This document shows positions 1 through 8,001 of a stretch of 64,000 nt of DNA, in pieces. The notes beneath the pieces were generated by a model. That model saw only the letters and a list, made by a program, of their open reading frames with translations, was not told the origin of the DNA and did not search any database. Every line of letters begins with the position of its first letter. Position 1 is the first letter of the stretch. Location: assembly GCA_040400605.1 (NCBI GenBank), contig JBBAPZ010000004.1, forward strand, positions 80,821-144,820, in the 5' to 3' direction. This stretch comes from Candidatus Sericytochromatia bacterium (lineage in GTDB: Bacteria; Cyanobacteriota; Sericytochromatia; S15B-MN24; JAQBPE01). A program made the position numbers and the translations under genes.

Positions 1-2
1 CG

Positions 3-137
3 CTTCCAGTCGATGGGGTGACACCTTCGGTGTCCAATGATGGGCTGCCGCAGCCCGCGGTTGTGGCACCTGTCGATTCAGACGGAACCCAAACGGCTCC
101 TGGGGCCATTTTGCCGGATTCTTCCTCACCAAAATGA
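3..137 (+). CDS. 3' end of an upstream gene (partial; Pro/Ser/Asp-rich tail)
   Basis: Frame 3 is open from the window edge to TGA at 135-137 (LPVDGVTPSV...PDSSSPK*); no domain recognisable. Confidence 0.4.
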   Translation, partial: LPVDGVTPSVSNDGLPQPAVVAPVDSDGTQTAPGAILPDSSSPK

Positions 138-214
138 TATGAGCTTTCAAATATTTGTTGCGCGTGCAATTGAACTGGGTATCGACAACGCATTCGATAG
201 GGAGGTGGATTGAC

Positions 215-955
215 ATGATGTTGAACAAGCTTGGTCCAAGGGCACTTCTGGTGCTGTTTGGTCTGACCGTCATCAGCTGTGGCAGCAATCCTGCAATCAC
301 AACGATGCAAACGTCGTCGCTCAGTGCGGAGGTGTCTGGTAAAACGAACAAGGGTACGACGGAATCGCAATATGCGCTCAACGGTGCGTTTCGGGTCACG
401 CGCCGGTTGTTTAGCGTTTTCCGGCCAACCTATGATGTCAAGCAGGGCGAGCAATTGATCGGGGTGATTCAGCAAAAGTTGTTTGCCGCGACGTCAACGT
501 GGCGCTTGATGGATGCCGAGGGTGCTGACATCGGAATGCTCGAGCAGGCTGCTTTCAGTTTTGGATACAAGGGTTTGGTGCGCACCATGCGTGGCACGGT
601 TGTGGGAACGGTCAGGCAGGATGTTTGGGGGTCAATGATTCGGCCGGGTGTGGTGCTGCGTTTGCTGGATGACCAGGAACAGGTGGTGTTACGCTCTGCC
701 CCGGTTTATTTCTCAATGCGTGAGGATGTCAAGCTGTATGATGCCGGCAATGTGTTGGTGGGACGTTTGATTGCACCTTGGTTTAGCTGGAATCAGGCGC
801 GCGATCTCCATATGGAAAAAGCGTTGGATCGTCGGATGTTGTTAGCCTTCTTGTCCGCGCAGATCGACACAGCCCACCGCGATAACGACGCCAAAGCCAG
901 CCCACGACCCAGCCCCACACCATCGAGTGCACTTCCAACACCCGAGCCCAATTGA
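215..955 (+). CDS. LURP-one/scramblase-like (tubby C-terminal-like) lipoprotein
   Basis: RBS GGAGG at 201-205 before ATG 215/218; lipobox-like LTVISC; repeated 'x-G-x-[IL]-x-Q-x-x-F-S' beta-hairpin pattern typical of LURP/scramblase folds; Pro-rich C-tail. Confidence 0.6.
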   Translation: MMLNKLGPRALLVLFGLTVISCGSNPAITTMQTSSLSAEVSGKTNKGTTESQYALNGAFRVTRRLFSVFRPTYDVKQGEQLIGVIQQKLFAATSTWRLMDAEGADIGMLEQAAFSFGYKGLVRTMRGTVVGTVRQDVWGSMIRPGVVLRLLDDQEQVVLRSAPVYFSMREDVKLYDAGNVLVGRLIAPWFSWNQARDLHMEKALDRRMLLAFLSAQIDTAHRDNDAKASPRPSPTPSSALPTPEPN

Positions 956-1239
956 GCCATCCGTATGTTCTTCCAGTTGGTGCGCGTGATTTGGACAGCA
1001 ACCAATTCGTCACTATTTCACCCCCGTGCGCTGAACGGTGGAACGTGAAATCGATCGGCTGCTGCACGAATGGCTGGGAAGTAAGTCATCGTATTGTTAC
1101 AGCAACTTGGCTGTTTCTCCGTGAAGTTTAATTGCCTTTGGCAGACGCAGTATACTCAAACTGGTACGGCCAGCACCTTTGATTTCATCATCTGACGGGT
1201 TGGTATCGCTGCCAACCAGGACCAAGGTGATTCTGTTCC

Positions 1240-1275
1240 AAAAGACAAGAAGGGTGGGTTCGTGCGAACCCACCC
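1240..1275 (-). terminator. Rho-independent terminator of the 773-aa lipoprotein gene
   Basis: GGGTGGGTTCG-TG-CGAACCCACCC inverted repeat (1252-1275) followed on the minus strand by TTCTTGTCTTTT. Confidence 0.8.
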
Positions 1276-1299
1276 GATAAGACCTTGACCGATATGTGA

Positions 1300-3621
1300 C
1301 TATTTGGCTGCGTTGGTGGTCGCAACCAGCGGGCTGTACGAGATTAACTGACTTCCACGCCGCAGGCCGCTAACTTCAGGATACGCAGTCGAGGTTGAAC
1401 CATCTGACTCCCGGAATGCCAACATGCGCGAGAAATCTGAATTAGCGATGCTGACGATTTTAAGGTAATGGAAATTCGGGTTATTGAGCGCATCTTCTAT
1501 TGGAAGATGGAACGAAAAAGATGAATCCGTCGGTGCCGGCAGGTTGATGGTTTTTAGCGGACCGTTATCCAGTTTGTAGCTAATAACCACCGGGTCTGAG
1601 AACTCGCCAGCGAATGGAATGACCAGTCTGGGCAAGTTTGCAGTCAACGGCACCGTCACGTTGCTGTTATCGACAGCTGCAGAATTCTTCCCGGAGAGGG
1701 TGATGCCATTGGCCTTCAACTCCGCCGCTACGGCCGAGTTGCTGCCCCGAATGCCCCAGGCCGCTTGGTTGCCGTTGACGCCAGTGAATGACAAGGCATC
1801 ACGTCCCGCGGGTTTCACGGTTGAGGCCGAGACCGGATGCGCAAAGGTGACGGCAGCACCACTCACGCTTTGACCGTTCCACTTGGTTGTGGGTTGCTGG
1901 TCCGCAGGCACTGTGGTGTCGTTGGAGGCATATTGAAGTTTGGCGTTTAAAGTGGCGTTGTGCCAGACGCTCAAGCCCACACCGTTGGTTACGTTCCATT
2001 TGATCGTGCCACCCGCTGGGTTCATGTCCACCTGATAGCCGTTTACTGTCCAGTTGCCCCCATTGATCGTCACGTTCTCACTCACATTGGCAACATTGTT
2101 GTGCGCCACCGCGACGGTCTGGTTTGCAAAGCCAGACAAGCTCAAATTACCGTGGCTTGAGCCCACAGACACCGACCCGCTGATCGGCGTGCCGGTATTG
2201 TTAAACGACAACGCCAATTGACCTTGGTTCTTGACGATACCCAAGTTCACCGATCCACAGTTAACGGAATAAGGCGCACTGGTGCCCCACGTGTAGGGTT
2301 CGGCGGAATACGAAACAGTGGCTAAACCGCCCGCTCCTTGTTTGCCTACGCCACTCGCGTAACCGTTTGTTGCGGTGAAAGCCGCAACGGTTGCCGCACG
2401 CACGGGCGTGCCACTGTGGCTGAAACTTACCAATGCACCGCCGATGGGCTTGCCATTGATTCGACTGTCGTTCGATTGATACGCCACCCGCGCGTTGATG
2501 GTTGCTGAATCCCAATAGCGAACATCATTCTTCCAGGTGACCACGGTAAAAGTTGGCCAAGGTTTGCATTTGAAGGGTGGGTAATAGATACAGTGACCAC
2601 CATTCACGCGCGGATCGTGGATGATATCGACATTGCCATTCACATCGTCGTAGCTGCTATCGCCAGTGTAACAGTCTTTGTATTTTTCTTGAGTGTACAC
2701 CGGATACGAGTAGGGCTCGGGTTCTTGCGACCATTGGTTGCAGACTGCCCCAAGCAGATTATACTTTGAAACCGAAGCGGAACTTTCCGTTGCAGCCAAG
2801 GGCGCTGGAACTTTCATGTTCAGATAGAAGGTCCCATCCGTCGACTTTTTAACTTCTTTACCCAGTCCGGTTTTATCCAGCATCTGTTCTTTTTCGAGGA
2901 AACTCAGCGCCTCCTGCATCGCTTGCTCCGTCTTGAAACGAACCATCACGGATGCGCCTGGCTGCATGATGGCGCCGCCAAGATCGAGATGATAACCATA
3001 TGCTCCGAGTGTCGACCGCGGATCGTTTTCACCCTGTTTGGCAAATCCGGGATGCACGGAAGCCGCAGAGATTGGATTGGCATCATAGGTGCGGGTTACT
3101 CGCACGCTCACATCTTTATCCAACGCACCGGGACCAAACTCGACCACCATTGTGCCATCGCTGTTGGTTGCCACCCCGCCGCTGGCCGCCGATATCTGGG
3201 TGATGGCGGAATCCAGGGGTTGCAGCACCAACGCTTGCCCAGGCAAAATGCGCTTGCGCACAGGCACCATGCCTTCGGCTTCGATGATCGCAATCAAAGG
3301 CTCGCCTTTGTCGATCAACTCCTGCGGAATCGCGATCGCACCATTGGCATCGGTCGTCAGTCGCTGATCGCCAATCGTTACCACCATTAACTCAAGGTTC
3401 TTAAGATCGCCTGAGCGTACCTGAAAACCATTGGCCGCCAAAGGCACGCTGGCCTTCACCAACCCCAGGCGCTGCGCCTCAGTCAACGCCTGCGCCACTT
3501 GGCCCTTGACCACCGTATCCGCAGGGGGTGACACCGGCGCAACCGGCGCGCCCTGACAGGCCGCCACAGCCGCCACGGCCACTGCCAGCAGTACAGAATT
3601 GCGGGTGACTGTCTGTTTCAT
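1300..3621 (-). CDS. Large secreted/surface lipoprotein with beta-rich repeated domains, function unknown
   Basis: 773-aa ORF; RBS GGAGG; signal peptide with lipobox VAAC; ZU5-like 'SGGVATNSDG..VEFGPGAL' segment; internal duplication about 183 aa apart. Confidence 0.8.
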   Translation of the reverse strand: MKQTVTRNSVLLAVAVAAVAACQGAPVAPVSPPADTVVKGQVAQALTEAQRLGLVKASVPLAANGFQVRSGDLKNLELMVVTIGDQRLTTDANGAIAIPQELIDKGEPLIAIIEAEGMVPVRKRILPGQALVLQPLDSAITQISAASGGVATNSDGTMVVEFGPGALDKDVSVRVTRTYDANPISAASVHPGFAKQGENDPRSTLGAYGYHLDLGGAIMQPGASVMVRFKTEQAMQEALSFLEKEQMLDKTGLGKEVKKSTDGTFYLNMKVPAPLAATESSASVSKYNLLGAVCNQWSQEPEPYSYPVYTQEKYKDCYTGDSSYDDVNGNVDIIHDPRVNGGHCIYYPPFKCKPWPTFTVVTWKNDVRYWDSATINARVAYQSNDSRINGKPIGGALVSFSHSGTPVRAATVAAFTATNGYASGVGKQGAGGLATVSYSAEPYTWGTSAPYSVNCGSVNLGIVKNQGQLALSFNNTGTPISGSVSVGSSHGNLSLSGFANQTVAVAHNNVANVSENVTINGGNWTVNGYQVDMNPAGGTIKWNVTNGVGLSVWHNATLNAKLQYASNDTTVPADQQPTTKWNGQSVSGAAVTFAHPVSASTVKPAGRDALSFTGVNGNQAAWGIRGSNSAVAAELKANGITLSGKNSAAVDNSNVTVPLTANLPRLVIPFAGEFSDPVVISYKLDNGPLKTINLPAPTDSSFSFHLPIEDALNNPNFHYLKIVSIANSDFSRMLAFRESDGSTSTAYPEVSGLRRGSQLISYSPLVATTNAAK

Positions 3622-4141
3622 TGATCGGATCCTCCAAATTCTCTAACGGGCCGTCGATGTCTCATCGAATAGTCAAGATTGCCGTTGGCAGACATTGAGT
3701 CGTTGCCGTACTTTTTTTCTACCACCATCGTTATCACAATATGCATTAAATGCGGGTTAAGCCGCTTTGACTCGCCCAATCGCTGGCCTGGTTACTGGAA
3801 CGCTGACGATCCGTGCGCGCTGTTGGAGCACCGAGCGTGTCCATCCAATCGACCCGCTGATTATGTTTCACAACCGGGCGACTGATCATGGCGGGCATTG
3901 ATTTTGTTTCCCTTGTGTCTGGGGCTGGTGAATGGTGTCTGTTCAGCGAATTGGAAGGCTCGATTGAAGCTCGCAGCGCCACTTCGGCATCAACTCTGGG
4001 TTTTTGAGGGTGTGTGGCGCGCTGCCTTGGGCGAGTTCGCCCGAACAGCGAACTGAAAGGCTCCGAATCCGTTAGTGACGCGAGGTGGACGGGTATATAA
4101 CCTGTGAGACGGTGGGTCACGAGACGCCGAGGGTGCTTGAG

Positions 4142-4615
4142 ATGCAGGTGCTGGTTTTGAGTAGCACGTATCAGCCGCTTTACACGTGTGGGGTTGAGCG
4201 TGCGATTCGGTTGATGTATCTGGGCAAGGCGGTATCGGTTAAAGATTCTGAACAGCTGATCCGCTCACCTTCAGTTGTGATACCTGTCCCAATGGCCATA
4301 CGCTTGCTGGTAAAAGCGGTTTTCGTGCGTTATCACGAACAGGCGCGGCCGACGCGGCAGGCGGTGATGCGTCGGGATCAACACACCTGCCAGTATTGTG
4401 GGGCGCACAACAACCTGACCATCGACCACTTGGTTCCCCGTGCACGGGGTGGTAAGGATACGTGGGAAAATCTGGTGACCGCTTGTGTCGAATGCAACAA
4501 TCGGAAGGGCGATCGCAAGCCTGAGGCGGTTGGCATGCACCTGATGCGGCAACCCAAAGCACCGCGCCCGTTGGAGATTTCCCAGGATCTATGGAGTAAG
4601 TTGATTGGATGGTGA
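4142..4615 (+). CDS. HNH endonuclease (McrA-like, small stand-alone family)
   Basis: VLVLSSTYQPL N-terminus; RRDQHTCQYCG...TIDHLVPRARGG..TWENLVTACVECNNRKG (CxxC-HNH-CxxC). Confidence 0.9.
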   Translation: MQVLVLSSTYQPLYTCGVERAIRLMYLGKAVSVKDSEQLIRSPSVVIPVPMAIRLLVKAVFVRYHEQARPTRQAVMRRDQHTCQYCGAHNNLTIDHLVPRARGGKDTWENLVTACVECNNRKGDRKPEAVGMHLMRQPKAPRPLEISQDLWSKLIGW

Positions 4616-6134
4616 CGTGAGCGTTGGCGCCAAGCACCGTGAATGTGGGAATCAGGCGAGACGCCTGCCCATTGTGGCGCTGGCTTTTGTGGTCGTGGCT
4701 GCTTGTCAGGCACCGACGTCAAACGCTCCAGTCAGTCGACCGGGAGGCATCGCGACAACCAAATTGTCCCCGCTCCCGTCCGGTGTGACGGGGACGTCGG
4801 TTCTCATCCCAAGCGCGCCTCCATCAACCTTATCCAGTGTCAGCCCAAGTCCTGTCACCTCAACGTCGCCAAATGTCGTTATAGTGGTATCTCCTTCCAA
4901 TGCGCCGGTATCCGCATCGCCCGCCTTGGCACCGGTGTCTGCACCGCCGTCCACTTTGACTGCGTCTGGGTCGCCTTCTCTGGTGAGCACTCCGACGCCT
5001 TCGCCGACTCCGCTGCGCTACGAACTGACCACCTTGGCTGGTGGCTCTAATGGGAGCACCGAACAGGAGTTGAGTGGTGACTTGGTAACATTGAGTGCGT
5101 TTGAAGACGAGATTGGCATGGCACTCGCGCCAGTTGCCACCAATCCGGATGTGACGGGTCTGTATTTTAGCGACGGGCTTCAAAACCGGATACGGAAAGC
5201 GACCCTCGCTGACTCGTTAGCCACCGTATCGATGTTTGCCGGGATGCAGAACGGTAGCCTCAGTCAACCGTGCGGGGTTATTTTCGATCCCGTCACGCGT
5301 TGCCTCTACGTGGCGGACACCTTTAATTACCGCGTTGCACGCGTGGGCTTGGCGGGCAACACGGTGGGCTTGGCTGAAGGGGCGATCGACTCGTTGATTG
5401 AGGGCGCTAACGTTGGTGCGCCCGTGTATCGGGAGGGAGATGGTCGTGGCAGTAGCCCCACTGCGCGATTGGGCAATCCTGCGGGCCTGGCACTGGTTGG
5501 GCGTCAACTGTTTGTGTCTGACTTTTTCTTTCACAACATCAGTCGCATTGATTTAAGTGTCGACAACTTTCCAATCACCTTTGTTGCGGGCAGCAAAACT
5601 GAGGAGCCCGGCTTGCCGTCTGAGTCTCCCGTGCCGGGGGCCGAGGCGCGCTTCAGCTTTCCGGTTGCGTTGTGTCACGGGGTTCGCAACGGCCAGCCGC
5701 GGGTCATCATTGCGGATCGCTTCAATCACTGCCTCCGGGGGTTAAACCCCGAGTCGGGGGAGGTCTCCTGGCTGGCAGGCTCCAAGACAGGTGCAAAGGG
5801 CACTATGGATGGGCCCGCCGACGTGGCACGCTTTGATGAACCCCTCGCCGTGGCACTGGATGGTAACGGCAATGTCTATATCGGTGAACGGAACAGTGCC
5901 CGTATTCGACGCTTGAGTGCCGCGGGAGAGGTCAGTACGTGTGTGGGGAACACCCCTGGCTACAGCAACGGGGTTGGCGACGCTGCCAAGCTGGGTGCTG
6001 CCGTTGGCTTGGCTGTGCTGAACAAGCCCGACGGCAGCTTGGATACGCTGTATGTGTATGATGTCGGCACCGTTGGCACTGGGGGCACCAACGCGCCGCG
6101 TTTGCGTCAGATGCGGGTAAGCACCGCTCCTTGA
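4605..6134 (+). CDS. NHL-repeat beta-propeller lipoprotein with Pro/Ser/Thr-rich linker
   Basis: Lipobox VAAC; S/P/T linker; repeated 'F..P.G[VL]A.D..G.[LV]Y[VI]AD..N.RIR' NHL motifs; start uncertain. Confidence 0.8.
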   Translation: MDGDVSVGAKHRECGNQARRLPIVALAFVVVAACQAPTSNAPVSRPGGIATTKLSPLPSGVTGTSVLIPSAPPSTLSSVSPSPVTSTSPNVVIVVSPSNAPVSASPALAPVSAPPSTLTASGSPSLVSTPTPSPTPLRYELTTLAGGSNGSTEQELSGDLVTLSAFEDEIGMALAPVATNPDVTGLYFSDGLQNRIRKATLADSLATVSMFAGMQNGSLSQPCGVIFDPVTRCLYVADTFNYRVARVGLAGNTVGLAEGAIDSLIEGANVGAPVYREGDGRGSSPTARLGNPAGLALVGRQLFVSDFFFHNISRIDLSVDNFPITFVAGSKTEEPGLPSESPVPGAEARFSFPVALCHGVRNGQPRVIIADRFNHCLRGLNPESGEVSWLAGSKTGAKGTMDGPADVARFDEPLAVALDGNGNVYIGERNSARIRRLSAAGEVSTCVGNTPGYSNGVGDAAKLGAAVGLAVLNKPDGSLDTLYVYDVGTVGTGGTNAPRLRQMRVSTAP

Positions 6135-7861
6135 TTGTTGCGCACCGCTGCCAGCTCCCGCACGATTTGTGTATGGATGTGGCCCAGTGCCGCATCAGTC
6201 CGGATGAATTCTTTCAGTCCGGTAGCGCGACTGACCACTTCAACCATCCCTTCACCGACGGTCTTGCCGCAGGTGATCCGGTACGGAATCCCGATTAACT
6301 CGGCATCCTTGAATTTGACGCCCGCGCGTTCGTCACGGTCATCCAACAGCACTTCCATGCCAAGCGCCAGCGCGTCGCGATACAGCTTTTGAGCACACGC
6401 CATCTGGTCTTCGTCACGAACATTGACTGGCACGATGATGAGATGGTAAGGCGCAATTGGCACCGGCCAGCGAATGCCCGCATCATCATGATGCGCTTCC
6501 ACTGCAGCTTGGGCGGTACGCGTGACCCCGATGCCGTAGCAGCCCATCACAAAGGGCTGCGCCTCGCCGTTTGCACTGGTGAACGTCGCATTCATGCTGG
6601 CTGAATAGCGGGTGCCAAGCTTGAAAATATTGCCCACTTCAATGCCGCGCGCGCTGGCCAGTCTGCCGGTTGTGCAGCGAGGGCAAGCGTCTTCGCTCTG
6701 CGCCATTTGTACATCGACCCAAGCCTCGGGGGTGTAGTCTCGCACCCAGTTGATGTTGATCCAATGCTCATCTGCACGATTCGGGGCCATGACAAGGTTG
6801 CTTTGGTTGGCCAGTGAGCGATCGCACACCACCTTTACGCCTGCCAGTCCAATCGGCCCTACAAAGCCCGGCGCAACGCCGCTTACCGAGCGCACCTCAT
6901 CGTCGGTCGCCAGACGCAGGTCTTGGGCGTTCAAGATATTGCCCAATTTGACCTCGTTCACACTGCGATCACCACGGAGTACCACCGCTACGAAGGCATC
7001 ATCCGCTTTGTAAATCAAGGTTTTGGCGACTTGCTGCGCTGTGATTCCAGCCACCGCACACAACTGTTCAATGGAACGGACGTTGGGTGTGGCGATCGTC
7101 GCGCGAGGCTCCGGCGCACCACCATCGAACAGGGTGATAGTCGATTCCGCCCGCTCCACGTTGGCGGCATAGTCGCAATCGGTGCAATACAGCAAATCAT
7201 TTTCACCTGCATCGGTTTTGACAACAACCATGAACTCGTGAGCGGCGGATCCCCCGATCGCCCCCACGTCGGACTCGACCGGACGCGTTTGCAGGCCACA
7301 ACGCGCAAAGATGCGCGTATAAGCGTCTGCCATCTTGCGATACTCCCGCTCCAGACAATCCGTATCGACGTGAAACGAATAAGCATCCTTCATTAAAAAC
7401 TCACGCCCACGAAGCAACCCGAAACGGGGGCGAATCTCGTCACGAAATTTGGTTTGGATCTGATACAGATTAATTGGCAATTGCCGATATGACCGCACCG
7501 TTTGTCTGACGATATCGGTCACCACTTCTTCATGCGTGGGCCCTAAAAGTTCATCTCGGTCGTGACGGTTTTTCAGACGCACCAATTCCTTGCCGTACTT
7601 TTGAAAACGCCCCGTTTCCATCCACAGCTCAGCCGGAATCATCACGGGCATGAGCAACTCCTGCGCACCTGCCGCATTCATTTCCTCCCGGACGATACGC
7701 GATACCTTGTCAACTACCCGCAGCATCAGCGGCAACAAACTGTAGACACCCGGACTCAAACGCCGAATGTAACCCGCCCGCGCCAGTAACTGGTGCGACA
7801 CGATTTCGGCATCTGCCGGCACATCGCGCAGGGTAGGGGCGAGAAGCTGCGACATCAACAT
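6107..7861 (-). CDS. proS: Proline--tRNA ligase (bacterial type with editing insertion)
   Basis: SHQLLARAGYIR, GPTHEE, KFRDEIRPRFGLLRGREF, GIEVGNIFKLG, MGCYGIG motifs. Confidence 0.98.
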   Translation of the reverse strand: MLMSQLLAPTLRDVPADAEIVSHQLLARAGYIRRLSPGVYSLLPLMLRVVDKVSRIVREEMNAAGAQELLMPVMIPAELWMETGRFQKYGKELVRLKNRHDRDELLGPTHEEVVTDIVRQTVRSYRQLPINLYQIQTKFRDEIRPRFGLLRGREFLMKDAYSFHVDTDCLEREYRKMADAYTRIFARCGLQTRPVESDVGAIGGSAAHEFMVVVKTDAGENDLLYCTDCDYAANVERAESTITLFDGGAPEPRATIATPNVRSIEQLCAVAGITAQQVAKTLIYKADDAFVAVVLRGDRSVNEVKLGNILNAQDLRLATDDEVRSVSGVAPGFVGPIGLAGVKVVCDRSLANQSNLVMAPNRADEHWININWVRDYTPEAWVDVQMAQSEDACPRCTTGRLASARGIEVGNIFKLGTRYSASMNATFTSANGEAQPFVMGCYGIGVTRTAQAAVEAHHDDAGIRWPVPIAPYHLIIVPVNVRDEDQMACAQKLYRDALALGMEVLLDDRDERAGVKFKDAELIGIPYRITCGKTVGEGMVEVVSRATGLKEFIRTDAALGHIHTQIVRELAAVRNNQGAVLTRI

Positions 7862-8001
7862 CAGGTTAATTTCCTTTCGATTTGACCAGTCATCATCATA
7901 ACAAATTCACGAAGCCACCCTGTAGCAATGGGCGCTAATTTGTTTCTCATCGAGCTCAAGTACCGGGCCGTCATCCAACCCGGCTGCCATGAGGATTAAA
8001 A

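Noticed and set aside
4142..4615. HNH as IscB/Cas9-like or homing/mobile nuclease
   Set aside because: Only ~157 aa; no RuvC or PLMP motifs; no repeats, IS ends or intron context seen
7862..8001. T-box leader before proS
   Set aside because: Gap too short and no GGTGGNACC antiterminator motif
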